Numbered from the stretch's first letter, positions 28,801-43,800 are shown. The stretch is 64,000 nucleotides of DNA from Glycera tridactyla (GCA_965644265.1 OZ286463.1:38688001-38752000); one strand, 5' to 3'. The notes: generated from the sequence alone by a model not told the origin. Numbers and translations: made by a program.

Positions 28801-31800
28801 TGCTGATGTTGAATTAGGAAGAATTGTTGGGCCATTTCTGAAATCTCCATACTTAAACTTCCAGATATCACCTATCTCGGTTGTACCAAAAAGACAGGCA
28901 GGTAAATTCAGGCTTATCCATAACCTTTCAGCACCGTATAATGAGATGTCTATCAATTACCACATACCTGATTTAGAAGCGTCAGTGAAGTATATGACAG
29001 TAGAAAGTGTTATCAAACATGTTGTATCAATAGGAAAAAAGGCTTTCATCTGTAAAGCCGATATAAAATCGGCTTTCAGAAGAGTCCCTGTAGCACCTGA
29101 ACAGTTTCATCTTTTAGGCCTGAAACTTGGAAATGAATATTTCGTCAACAAATGTTTGGCCATGGGGGGGAGATCGTCCTGCAGAATCTTTGAAAGATTT
29201 TCAAGTGCAATCCAATGGATATGCAATAACAAATTGGACATCCCCCTCATGGCTCATATGCTTGACGATTTTTGTATAGTGGCAGAGGGAGAAGAGGAGT
29301 GTCAATCACAATTAGAAAGATTTAAGGGGTTTTGTAATGAGATAGGGGTGCCTTTATGGCCTAACAAAACTGTACCACCAAGTCAACAAATGGAATTCCT
29401 AGGGATAGAAATCAATGTGAAACAAGGCTTTGCGAAAGTACCCAAAGATAAATTAATCAAATATAGCCAACAAATTGATGACATCATTCAAGCAGAAAAA
29501 TGTACTTTTGCAAATATGAGATCGCTAGTTGGGAAACTTAACTGGTGCGCTTCACTTATATCAGTTGGAAAATCCTTTCTAAGGGGGCTCATCTCAAGCT
29601 CTAAAGGTTTGAGAAACCCGGCACACCTTGTTTCATTCAATGAAAACCTCAAACAAGACCTTATCATGTGGAGAACATTTTTGTCAAATTATAATGGTTA
29701 CTCATACCTTCGAGATATTTCATTGAAAAAATTACCTACGTTACATGTGTATTCGGATGCATGCAAATTAGGTGCAGCAGCTTTGTATCACAACCTATGG
29801 TTTTATGTCAAATTCACAGACAAGTGGCAAGACATGAACATTGCATACCTGGAGTTATATCCAATTCTCACAGCATTGGTCATTTTCAGGACTGCTTTCC
29901 GACATGGAAAAGTGCTTTTCCACTGTGATAACAGAGCTGTGGTTGATATTATATGCAGTAGAAGGGGAAAAGACACTCATCTCATGAGGCTATTAAGGCA
30001 CATCATGCTTTTAGCGTTACACAATGACATTGAAATTGATGCACAACACATAGCGGGTTCGGACAATATTATTGCTGATAAATTATCACGTAAACAGTGT
30101 TCACAGGTCGAGTTGAGAGAGATGGGATTGGCGGTCCATCCGGTGGTGGTTCCAGCAGAATACGACCCACAGGTTTGTGGAGTTTGGTGAACGAATTGGT
30201 TGAGTTATCCTTCGCATCCACAACAAGCAAGCAGTACAATATTGCGTGGGAAGAATTGGAGTCCTTTTTAGAAGATAGAGCTTTAGGTATTTCTTATGAA
30301 ACCATTTGTCTTTATGTGGCAAGTCTAGTTTGGAAAGGCTACAAGGTAACTACCATAAGGTCAAAATTATCAGGCATTTCTCATGGTTTGAAGGTACGAG
30401 ATTGTGAAGACGTGTGTAAACATTATGTTGTGGGTAGGATGTTAACTGGAGCTAGTAAGCAAGGAGTGGCTGGAGACAGAAGAGTAGGGATAAATGAGAA
30501 CATTTTGAGGAAATTTATAGAGGTTTATCCTATAGTAGCGAAGGATAACTTTGAACTGATCCTTTTCAAAACAATCTTTGTTTGGGCATATACGGCATGT
30601 ATGCGTGTGTCTGAATATGCCGAAACAGGAAGTAGTGAGCATAAGTTAATGCTCAGTGATTTGAATGTAGCATGGGATGGAGGAGAAGTCGATGCCTTTC
30701 AGATAAATTTCAGATCATACAAGTGTTCGAGGGGTGAACGGAGATTTGTGTTATTGAAGCGGAAGGGTGACATCTTGTGCCCAGTAGCAAGGATGGTGGA
30801 ATGGCTCAACATAAGAGGGCGCTCCCAAGGCCCAATTTTCTTGTTAAAAGGTAAGCCAGTCTCAGCAAACGTGGTCAATGATAGATTAAGGAAGGTGGCA
30901 AAGTTTGCGTTGGGAACAGAAGTGGGTAATAGAATCTCGAGTCACTCATTTCGTATAGGAAGGTGTACAGATTGGATAGAGCAAGGTTTCACGGAGGAGC
31001 AGGTCAAGTTGAAAGGAAGATGGGCGTCAGCAGCATTTAAGTCATATATACGTTCTCCTATCGTCCTCTTATAATGGGCCAGCTGATTGCTCTGCAATTG
31101 TGGGCCAGCTCGGCTCCATTTTCAATAGAAACAACAATACTTCATGCAATACTACAATACATTCATGTTTCAAAAGTACAAGAACTTTCGTGGTGATACC
31201 ACTTGTGTGATTCAATATCACGTCATTAGTCAGGTTTGTGGTTTGTTAGCTTTTTCTTCATTTGCAACATTCAATGAAGAAGGATCTAATTAATTTCATC
31301 AGTGGGAATTAGTTTACTAAGTTCTGCTGATGTTCACCTGCACTAATTGGTCGAGATTCCGTGTGGTCTCTCTTGTTTAGGCTACTAGGCATTTTCTTTT
31401 AGATCCAGGGTTCCAAAAGGCAGATTGGCTATATATGAAGTGCCTAGTGGCACACGTCTTGTAGATTTTCCAAATAAATTGCCAAATATTGAATGTAAGG
31501 AATGTGTTAATCTTTTGTTGAATGAATGAGGGAATGAGTGAAGAAGAATGAAACAAAAGTGAGAAATCTAGAAGCACACCAAAAATGAGTGTCTTACCAC
31601 AGAGTCCATCTTGAAGGAAGTATCCCGAGCGACACTGACACACCCCAGCTTGACACAGTGTGTTCTCACCCGCACACTCCTCTGGTCGCTGACATTTCTC
31701 ACCATATCCCATGCGTGGCTCTGTGCAAAAAGACCCAGTCAAAGCGGTGCTTCACCATACCAAGGGATACATTTAGTTGAGAGAGGTAAATTGATAGGAT

Positions 31801-34800
31801 AGAGTTTCATTGTTATGACCACTCAGCTGACACACTGAAACCCCTCAAGTGTCATGTGTGATGTGGCCGCACTATATAGTTTTGGGATTCAGGTAATTCC
31901 GTGTACATGTATATTGAGTGATACATCGAAGCCAGAGAGCATGGTACAATCATTTTCTTCATTTTTACTGGACAATGACTTCATACAAGTAGAGTGGGTG
32001 ATGAGTAATATCCAGACCACAGATCACCTACTACCTCGTTTTGGTGGATTTGAAAGCTGCTGATCTGTAAGGTGCAGACAATGAAAGCTTTCCATGACTC
32101 TACCAGATACGAAGCACGTATATGATCACTGTTTGCACGCTGAGTGAATCGAACCTGCCTTTTTTGTGATGAACGTAGTGTAACGTTTCCCAGCTACATT
32201 CGAAACACCTTGACTGAATGAGTAAATGGACTGAGGACATCATGAACTTAAGGTGTCCTGGTAATCTAGATTAATTTTTTTTATATTCTATACTCACTGC
32301 ACTGGCCTTTATCAGCGTAGAAGTCCCGATGGCACTGACAAGTCTGCTGATTGCAGTGCGTGTTGTGTACGAGACAGGAACCTCCAGGCCTACACGCTGC
32401 GTCCACTGTACCCTCACCACCCTGGCTAACTGCAAATAAAAATTACATATTTATACACTTCGGGGGTCGGGTGTGCCTCAATATTATTCCCATTCATCAA
32501 AAGTTAACTGGATATCAAGTCATCGAGCCGTCATACGTCTACGCATGAGTACAAGTCTGCCTATTGGTGATCATTAGCACCTTCTGACATTGTTCTCTCT
32601 AACCGATAATTGCAGCCCAAAGGTCGTTATGATACCACACCCAAATCACCCGGATAACCAGGGGCGAACATGCTGTTTGATGAGATGATCTGTTCATTTC
32701 GTTGGCTGCTTAACGTCTCATCATAACCAAAGACATATTACATTGAGACGAGTATTTGGAGTCGGTCGGGGAATGATATTCTTTTAAATGTGATCACCTC
32801 TTCACAGAACACAGATGACGGGGAACGTCTGATAGCAACAGCTGTCCACATCTGAACCCAAGCACCATTTGGATTCACAGAACAGATAAGCTGACACAGC
32901 AAACTGAAATGGTATCTTCTAGTAAGTGTTCGTTTGAAATTTACACCGTTACAATACCCCACCGAAAGGAGATACAATGATAGTACACATGGACAACATA
33001 TGGAACGATCGTCCAACGCTAATTGATGGTTGCCATCTTCTACACTCCTCACATGATGGAAGGACGTCCATTCTTCCTCATGTTGTTTTTCCAAGTGAAA
33101 GGCAGTGAGACGTGAGTTAGAAGAGTGGTTACTTACCACAGGTGCCGTGTCTGCTGGTGTAGGATGGGATACAGTTACAGCGGCCCTGACGGCACTCAGC
33201 ATTGGCGTCTAGACATTGATCAGGGGCCGAACAACTGGCTCCTAGTCGGTTCTTAGGTACTGCAATCATAATATATCACCTCTACATAACGACAGGGGGC
33301 GAAACTGGACGGGGAACTACAGAAATTATCTGTCAATTATCTATCAAGTATCCATCAATTATCTCTATTGTCTATCAGTTATCGCTGTCATCTATCCTCT
33401 GCATAACTTACCGTATCTAGCGAAGTATGTTTGTGATGAAATATCCCAGAAAAAGTACCCCATGTAAATTTGACCCCCCCCCCCATTTTGTTTTCAACAT
33501 ATCTAGTTTGAGTTCAATTCACCCGTAATTATTCTTCCAGGAATACCCTCTGACTATGAGGAATATTGGAATGAATGAATGATCCTCATTCACTCGTTTG
33601 CTGATTCTCTGACTGTTTGACTGATAGATTTGAAATGATTTGATGGTACACGACTCTAACTGCATAAACTGTTCGAAGTAAATCTGTCAAATGCATTTAT
33701 GATATATCTAAATTTGAATGTATCAGAAAGTGGAAAATGGATTAGTCTCGGCTCACTCCGGACTTGTATGATGAATTCAAATCATGGTATGACTGGTGAA
33801 CATTGAGAGCTCAATCATTGAAAACACAGCATATTCTGTCTGTATTGACATACACGATTGTCGTGCGAGGGAAATTTATCACTGGAGATCAATCACAATT
33901 GTTAGTTTGTGTCACCTACCACACTGGCCGACCCTCTCGTAGGATTCATCAGTGCATACACAGATATCCTTGGAGCAGACAGTGTCAGGATCCGTACAAA
34001 GATTACCACCAATACATGGCGTGTCCAGCTTGCCCTTCATACCTGAAATACACAAGAGACAAACATCCACTTATCAATGCGTAGCCTCATCTACAATTTG
34101 GTTGAAGGTGTGTCCCAACTGACAGCGTATTCCAATTCACGGCCCCTCTTGCTCCCTATCTCCTTTGCTTAGGGGTTGGTGATAGTGGTGCCTGTTGGTT
34201 ATAGAACGTCATACCCTCATAATTTGGAACATGCCATGGAATCACAAGCAATCAACCAAAGAATGTATGAAAAACGTATGACCAAACACGCACCCACTCA
34301 CTCTCACACAAACACACCCACTCGCGCAGACACAAGCGAACACAAACATGCTCCTGTCAATAAGCAAACATCCAAAAAATCACAAACACACACATGCGGA
34401 CATGCACACATACGTGCACGAACACGCATAGCTCCATCGAGTAGTTGTTGAGTGAATCAGTTATGTATGAGTGAGTACTCACTGCAGACGCCGTATTTCT
34501 CGAAGAAGTTATCATTACAGAGGCAGGCGAAATTACGGCAGGCGGAGTTCTCATCAGCACACACATCCCCGGGATCACACTGAGTGTTGAGTGGCAACTC
34601 GGGAACTGGCAACATACATCATGTATCATAATCACGCATCAGACAATGCCCTTACCATTTATACTATTCATACACTGCATCTAGTCCTACAGCGTGGGCC
34701 GAATCTATTTGTAGTGCTCAATTCCATGATGGCACCGATCTGAATTGATAAAATAACGATTGCAACATAGATTTTATTGGTAGTTTTGCAGAAGAGCAGG

Positions 34801-37800
34801 TACCTCATGACCTAACCCACTCACATATATAGATATGTAGTCGTCAGATTCATCAAGTTCATGTGAGGTGAATAAAAGTGTTCCAACTCTCAACCTTACA
34901 ACCTTTCTAGTTTCCTATCATCTGGTGATGCAGGTAGGGGAAAGCGTATCCAGTTTTCATAGATCAGGAACATATGACATGAACAATCCTTGAGCTTGAT
35001 ACGTGGCCCTTCACTTGTTTCTCATTTATGCGGTTCAGATACAGCCCTAGTAGACCACCTCTAGACCAGCCCTCCCCGGTATGTTTGAGATGTGGTGCTG
35101 GCGGACTTATACAGCTGTGATGTGATGAGGTGTGTTACTTACTACAGATGCCGGCCTTCATAAAGAAGCCTGGTCTGCACACACACAGGTCATTCACACA
35201 CATGGTGTTCTGATCGGTGCATGGATCACCAGGGCCACAGGACTGCATGCCGTCATCGTCCACCTCGGCTACAACACAAGAGTAACGCCAGAATCATCTG
35301 TGAGGATAGTCCCGATTGTGAATTTCATTCTGGGGTGGATAATGGGGATAGTGGTCATGGGTCATTCATACCATTGTCATTCTTATGGTGGTGGTGGTGG
35401 TGGTTGTGGTGGTTGTGGTGGTTGTAGTGGTGGTGGTTTTGATGGTAGTTATTGTGGGGATAATGTTGGGGGTGGTATCATTTGTGGCTTGCTGCTGAGA
35501 AATCAAAACTTACAGCAGAATCCGCCCATATCTTGACTTCCATGTTTACAGCTACATATGCCTTGTTGACAAGCAGCGTGAGTATCGTTGCATACGTCCT
35601 CACGATTACAGCGTTCACCCAGATTCAACTTGGGAGCTGCAAGAAGAGAATATCATAGTGTTCATGATGGGATGACCATAGTCACGGGACTGGAAGGAGT
35701 AGAGTGGCAACGCTTGGCAGGCTATTGAATGCAGCACTCCTCCTTCCACAATTGACAACATGCCCATCTCCGGCGACATGGAATAAGATCTCGATTTCAC
35801 ACGGCAACATTCGTATCTCCATCATTTTGTTTACAGACATCAGCCAACAATGCCAGCAAGATCGTCCCAAACAATCCAGTCATGCCTTTGAGATGTTGAC
35901 CAGATGGGGGCTTTGATATTTCAGAGGTACATCCGTATTCAAAAGACATATCGATTTCTTTGCCATAGCAGAAGTGGGCCTAGCAGCAGGAACAAAATGG
36001 CTGTGTATATAATGCATGAATTCACAACGTCGGGTTCGCAATGACATACATATGCTATAACAACCGATACTGAAAGCAGATTCTCCGTATAAGCGCAATA
36101 AAATAATTGCAAAATGCATATTTTCAAAAGGATTCGATACAGAAAATCCGAAATTGCATTCAATGATTGCCAGAAGTCCTATACAATCAAGTCAAAAAAA
36201 TGGAAACTATGATCAGATGAGAATTGGCGACTTGAAGCCTGCCCCTTTCACTTGGGTTTGGCAGAGTGTACTCACTGCAGAGTCCGCCCTTCCGGTAGTA
36301 GTGTGTGGCACAGAGACAGACTCCTCTTCGACATTCTGTGTTGGTATCTGAACACGAATTATCTGGTAATAGACACGGGTTGTTGTAACGGCCACGGGGG
36401 ACTGAAATAAACAGAGATGGCCAGATACAAGTGACAATAGACCTCCATGCTCAATTGGTCTCCATAGGTACATGTTATGAACGAGATGAGAATTGATGTG
36501 AACCGTAAATATCATGACGTGAAAGTAATCATTGTCTCCCTTCTAATCATGAACAACCTCATCAATACTATCGTTTCAAATACCGCCCACTACAAAATGG
36601 CTATTCACTATAGAATATGAAGCACGGATAGACAGACAGTCGTCATCAAGTGTCGGGCATGTGTTGCAGTGTGCTTTTTGTGTCAATGAATGCCCCTATT
36701 CCTCCTCCATACGTCAGGGCTAGTTTGCAAGTGCCTGACATGTATTGGAGTTTTAGATATACCTGTGCAAATGGCAAATCAGGACAACCAAGCAGTTCCG
36801 TAGATCTTCCTGAAGTAGTCCTATCGGAGATAGAAACAGCTTGTGGATATTCGAAACATGTTGCTGAGATTTCTATTGTCAAGGCCTGCCTGAATCCACG
36901 CACAATTGGTCACTAAGACGACGCCTTAGTTTCACCCTCGACTGGACATCATCAGAGATATACCACGACCAAATGACTGCAGATGATGTGGAATAATGAA
37001 CGCATCCTAGTGATGCTTCTAATCAGAAAGAGACTGCTATGATATCGTCATGCTTGTCGGTGGTGTATGAAATATACTATCAGCAGGCAATTCAGTCTGG
37101 TTAACAGAGAAAGCATTCGCCAAATCCCTACTAAATATCCCTCATGTTTAGTGTGATGAAATAATAAGGAGATCCATCGCCATCACGATAGGTTAGCGTG
37201 CGGTCATAGCAATTGGAGTTAGAGGCTACGTGATGGGCTCTACTTACTGCACGAGGCGTCGCGGACGTAAAAAGCTGGGGAACATTGGCAGGTGTCCTGG
37301 GTACAGAGGGCATTCTCGTCACTACACTCCACGTCCTGCTCACACCGTGATCCCAGACTCCGCCGCGGAACTAACACCAAATACAAACACGCACTTTTTG
37401 ACACAACATTGATACAATCATTAGCAATAGCGTAGTAGTTGTGTTGGAGGTATTGATGGTGGTGGTGATGTTGATGTCGTTCGTCATTGTGACGGTTTTG
37501 GTGGTGGTAGTGGTGGCGGTGATAGTGATGATGGTGGTGGTGGTGGTGGTGGTAGTGGTAGTGATGGTGGTGATTTTGCTTGTGCTTGTGGTTGAGGTCG
37601 TCATAGTCACGTCGTCGCCCTGGTTCCCTGGTGGTAGTTGCGGTTGTGATGGCCTCACCTTGTTTACGATCATCCTAATCTATGTATGTATGTGATCAGT
37701 GTATGGTTGACATAACATGTCTTCTACTCACAGCACTGTCCATCCCTGGCGTAGTATCCGGGGCTACACCTACAGATGCCCTGCGCACACATCGAGTTCT

Positions 37801-40800
37801 TGTCCAGACACTCGTTGCCAGGCAGACATGGGGCATCAGCTGAACCGTCCGCCGATGTCGATACTACGACATACAAATACCATCAACCATGATGAGTATG
37901 AGGAAATCTCGAACATCTGCAGTTTTCATCACCTTCTTGGAGCCACATATATCATTATGCTAATTTATCAGTTTAAATTAGGTCGAGCTCCGAAACACCA
38001 GGCTTCACGATGAACAACATCTGGCATTTATATGGGAAAAAAACCTTGAGATATCGTTTGATGGTCGAGTGAGATGACTGGTATCGACACATTGACAGGT
38101 TCGATGTGTCGCTCGTATTTGGTAAATTCTGAATCAGAAATACTAACATACCAGCTGGTTGGATCTCAAAGCGCGGATTTGGGCACATGAGGAAAAACCA
38201 ATTTGCAAGAAATCGATTTTGAAAAAAATCTTTCTCCATTATCAATCCGGCACAATGGATCTAAACACCATTTCAGATGGGAATAACTCCAATCGAATTC
38301 ATTTATACTTGAGAGAAATGAGTTCATTATTTGTTATGGTCGATTATGGTCCATGTATTTCTGATAAAGAATATACCCCGAACAAATCAAGCACCCAACT
38401 GATACTCCTCAATGCCAGGTAGTCAATCGCTCAGATCAGCTGCTATAATATTGAAAGAATTCAAACAGGATTCAAGTTAGATGTACTAACCGCAAGTTTG
38501 TTCATCCTGTAGATATCCTTTCTTACATTCACACCTGCCATTCAAACACTGAGCGTTGGTATCTTCGCACACATCGTGTTCCTTCTCACATGCGTCACTC
38601 AGCTCGATCTTTGGTCCTGAAATGTGAAGATGAATAATTTGTTTCGGCGTAACCCCGAAATGAGGATATCAGTCAATGAGAGTGATTTTCATCTATATAG
38701 TGGCCATTTGATCACGGTTTGTCCACAATTTGTCTGCGTTTTTCTTCAAATTGACTTGTTTGATCACAAAATATTGTACGAAGCATAACCATTTCGCAGG
38801 GGCGATATCAGAATCTTCGGGCCATAGACAGAATTATGGCTTGCCCGGACAAGATGGCTATAACAAAAATCTTTCCGGCTCTCAGGTCCAGACAAAGTAT
38901 TTTGAAGCCTTGAAACGGTGGAAGTGGGCTTGCGTGCTGATTTGCGTGTATGATTTTGTTGGTTGTTGTATGAGGATGTACTTACGGCAGACTCCATCCC
39001 TCTGATAGTAGGTGGATCCACACAGACAGATGCCACTGCGACACACACTGTTAGTATCTGTACACACCTCTTCTGACTGACATGGCGCATTCAGACTACC
39101 CTTGGCACCTGGAAAATACAATCAACACACAACTGCCGCTTTGTCTGATACCCAAAGGATCAATGCATAGTATGTGGACTTACTGAGTTCCTCTAACCAG
39201 TTTGGTTGAAGACGAGTGAACGTATTCAGACGCACGAAAGGTTTTGGCCTTCGGCCGTTTTGTTGATTACTGGTGCTAACCCAGAGTGGTTTTGTATCGT
39301 CATATATAATTTCTGACAGAGATTTGACCTTGGGACATCGGCTTGCAATAATGACAGGGGTGAGAAGGAGAAAAGAGGAGGAGGGGGAGGGAGAGGATAG
39401 GGGTGAGTTTGTATACGTACGGCAGACTCCGTTTCTATCAAAGAAGTCCTTGCGACATCTACATGCGTTCTGCCTACACTCGGCACTCTGGTCGGCGCAT
39501 TCGTCTGTCACCCCGTCACACGCTGCATGTAAGGCTATCTTGGCCACTGTAACATTAATACCAGCAGTTTGATTGCCCGGGGTTTAATGGCATGGATTAA
39601 CCCAAAAGATTATATATGCTACGGGTGCTTGATTTGTGAAAGCTGGGAGCTCTATCCCATGCAGACACCACTCTCATAAACTCTAAAACGTGATGGGGAA
39701 CCAGAATGGTTGTCATGGTCCAGACACAGCTCAATGTCCCTCACGTGAATCCGAATAGTGCTTTTGATGGCATATCAGCAATGGTTCCATTCAAAGCAAA
39801 GCGCAGGATTTAACCAATGTGACCATTCACAAACTGTCGCATTCATCCCTGCTAAACGATAATGTGCGCCCTATACTTGCCAAAGTAATCGTGACAAAGT
39901 AACACCGACAGCTCATACTTTCTCTCCTACATATGCACCGAGGCTGCATCATTCTCCCTACATCGTTAGTCTGCAGATGTAAACTGATGGAAAAGGTAGA
40001 GCATAACGCTGGTACTTGTCCCCACTTGTGCAGGAGCAGCTTCATTTCCATTCGACAAATACGTTTATGAGACTCATTACATAGATCAAATCAATCTCTG
40101 AGAATGTTTCTCAATGTTGAACATTATGTAGAATGTATATGGAGATTTGAAAAAAATAAGATGTTCACTTTGGCTGCATTATGTGAATGTTTTCAATTTT
40201 GACAAGCACAATTTACATTTGTTTATCATGTTGATAATGGAATATTCGTTTATGTCTGCCTGGTGTAAAGATAGTTGCACGAGCACACCTTGCCGACCGG
40301 ACTCAACCTAAGGAAGTGTTTCATGATGACTTGGGACTAAGGATGACTCACCACAGACGCCATTCTTCTCAAAGTGTGTCGGCTGGCAGGTACACACCAC
40401 TCCATTGCACTCAGTATGCCGGTCTATACATGTGTTATCTGGCAGACATGGGTTACCCAAACTTCCCAGACTCACTGAAACAGGGAATCTTATCATCAGT
40501 ATCATTATTATCATTGACATTGTTATTATCGTCAGAAGCATAATTATTACAGTCGTCACCAAGAATACTCGTAAACGCTCGAGTAGGAATGGATGTATCT
40601 TGGTGAAAAAAAAACCTGAATTTGCTCACCACAATGGCCGTCGTGCTCAGCACCGTAACCATCTCTACATTCACACTTGCCATTCGCACACTCAGCGCTG
40701 TCATCTGCGCACACATCATCAGCTTGACACGCGTGACCCAGGCGAATCTTTGGACCTGCAATGTCGATAGATAAACAGATCATTCACTGATATGGACATA

Positions 40801-43800
40801 GACATTGAATGGTGTTGCATTTTTGTCCTGCATTTAATCAACTGAGGATGAGATTACTGTCTGCGAGTCTATGTAGTCCTCACCCGGCGCTCTCTAGGTT
40901 AAATCTATGAAGGCGTACATACCTGCATAATCCTCATTTCAAGACTAGAAAAAAACCACTTAATTAATGACGCTTACTCAATATCTAATGTTGATATACC
41001 CATCTCTGTCCCGAATGAGAGATTCTGGCGATATTTGAATTGACGTCATTTGGGTGCATTTCAGAATCTTCTACGGTAACATTCTAATTGGTTGCAACAT
41101 TCTTTGCATTTATCATTGCAAACCTGTTCAAATATCCATTCCACTGATTAAATATGAAAATAAAATGCTATTTTCAGGGCGTATGATCATGATAATCAGT
41201 ATTAGTGGTGCCTTGGTAATGAAAGTAGTAATGGGGGCAGGATAATTAACCAAGCTGCTCTCCCACTTAGATACACTCTCGTTTATATAGTCTAAGTTCT
41301 TACATCATCCCTGCCTTCGATTGATGATTACCAACCCTCTAATTCGGTCATGTTAGTCTGGCATTTGTCTTTGCACCCAGAAAGGTGACATAGTGACTTT
41401 GGTCAAATTGGTATGTGGTCTTTCTTGGCTTTTGAATTATATTCTCTTGCATTCTCTTGTATTGTATTGTATTGTATTGTATTGTATTGTATTGCATTGT
41501 ATGTTGCACTCACGGCAGATGTCGTCCTTCTCGTATGAGTGTGATGCACACACGCACACCCCTCGATCACAGTCGGCATTCTGGTCGTGACATTCATCCT
41601 CAGGTAAACATGGCGTCCCTATATGACCACGTGGCTCTAGAGAACAGAGCAAATAAAGACATCATTGAGAGGATTCAGGCATCGGGATAGGTGTGTATTT
41701 CAATTGAAGGATGATGTTGCGTGAGAGTGACATTCAAACGCTCTGAGATAACCTCTTAGGGCCCCCCCCCCCATCAATCCACTATCAGTCTCATTCCACG
41801 AAGGACACAAGTAATATTCTCATCTGGGGGTGCGGCCACCACCCTCACAGAACTTTGTGAGATTTACAACTTCAGCATGCCGTCGAAATGTATGGAAACG
41901 GACTACTTGCTTGTAACATTTCTATTTGCCAGTATATCAACGAAGCCTGTCAGCGAGTTATAACTCAATCATATCGTGAAATCATATCGCAGAAATAACA
42001 TAGACCTTATCAATCTCAGATAACAGCGCATGTTGGAAGCAGGAGTTCGTCTAGATTTCAGAGAAGACAACCACAAACAAACCAACAATCAATCGCATTA
42101 GTATCGTATTTAAAAGTTGCGTAGGTGTGTGAAGATAAGATAGAAGATGAGAGACTTACTACAGGTGCCGGATCTGTCGGCGTAGAAGGTACTGCGACAT
42201 ACACACACGTCCTCCTCACAGATGGCGTTATCATCTAAACACACATCCTCCTCCCCACAAGCGCCACCTAGCGCCTTCTTCTTGACTGCAATTGCCGTCA
42301 CGCAAAACAAACATCAATGCAAAAACAGCGAGAAAAGACTGGTTACCGTCATAACTAGATGCTTGGAGCGGAACATACTAACATGTAGGTACATGGGTCA
42401 GTGATAATTGGCATGAGATTCCCCTAGATGGAGTTGCTCACATGTATTTTAGAATTTGAGGCTTGTTTTCGCGAACCGATATCATCACTATCATACGCTA
42501 AATCATGCGCATCAATATAATACACTAACGGGCCTTCGGAGGAGATACTTCAAATGCTATCCAACAGAGTCGCACAAGGTGGATTTCGGTGTATCCACAA
42601 ACCATCTCCAAGCAAATCCTATGAAAATGAATGAAAATGGAGATCAAATCGGTAAAGATTGGCCTCTGAATATGTCACCATATAGGAATTATGAAGGTTC
42701 GTGATGGAGGCAAAGAACCAATCATCGACCCTTTACTTTCCTCATTAAAATGGTAAATCTGTCTAAAATAGTCAAGTCCTCAGCATGATCACATCAATGT
42801 CAACAATGATTGCATCAATTTAGAGGCAAGCAAACAATCAAAGAATATAAAAGAGAAAGGGGGAGGGTGTATATGTAGTGACTTACCACAGATCTGGTTG
42901 TTGTAGAAGTATTGTGGATCACAGCGGCACCATCCTCGTACACACTCCGCATTGCCATCCAGACAGATACCATCCTCCCGACACGGGGTATCCACCTCAC
43001 CCTTCTCCTCTGGATTAATAGAACCACCCCTTATTGTTAGCCACTCATAACGGGTAACAACTAATATGCATTTCACCATATGTTCATGGTATTGAAGATA
43101 CAGCAGATGGCAAATTTTGTACTTAATTCTCTTGATAACTGTCATTTGATGAGGTTGTGGTAGACGGTCCATCATCATCAAAGCAAAGTGGCGAATAGTG
43201 ATACTCTGTGTCAGATTTTCTGGTAATGTCTGATATACAGCCCAGTAGAACCCAATATACCAATGAGAGACTATCCTACACCGATTATTCCCTATCCCAG
43301 CCCCATTTTTTCATCACACTTTTATGTATTGAACAATCATTTACATCCCACCAAATTTGTGTATCCACATAGGTCATCGTCGGAGATATTTGATACTTGT
43401 GACATAAACTGGCACTTACTGCAGACTCCATCGTTTTCGTAGTAGTCATCGCGACACTGGCAGAGTCCACTGCGACACTGGGCGAACTGATCCGCGCACT
43501 GGTCAGCCGCCCCACACGGCTTGCTCAGAGGTATTCGAGATTCTACCAAAGACAAATATCAGAGTGTGAATTCATCATTCATCTTATTAGTATTTTCCGT
43601 CATGGGCTTGATTTTTCGCAGGACAATTCCGGACCCTTGTCTGCAATTACAATCTCGTATTATCCAATGATGCCTTCAATTGATAGAGGAGGACGGAGAG
43701 GGGACAGACTGACAGACAGACAGAAAGACAGACAGAACAGGTTCTCGAGACAGACTGATTGTTTACTTACTGCATTCTCCATCACTGAGGAAGTAGTTCT

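Larger units (their letters stand above)
25300..31480 (+). mobile_element. Tyrosine-recombinase retrotransposon (DIRS order, Ngaro-like) in host intron 24833-31597, antisense to host; ends approximate
   Basis: Contiguous plus-strand ORFs: SGNH hydrolase, gag-like with C-terminal Cys/His knuckle, RT+RNase H, tyrosine recombinase. Gag/RT and RT/YR overlap in different frames. No methyltransferase domain after RNase H. Terminal repeats not identified by eye. Confidence 0.88.

Noticed and set aside
36646-36916. Possible extra EB exon (C..DYFRKIYG-like text)
   Set aside because: Cys spacing does not fit and there are in-frame stops.
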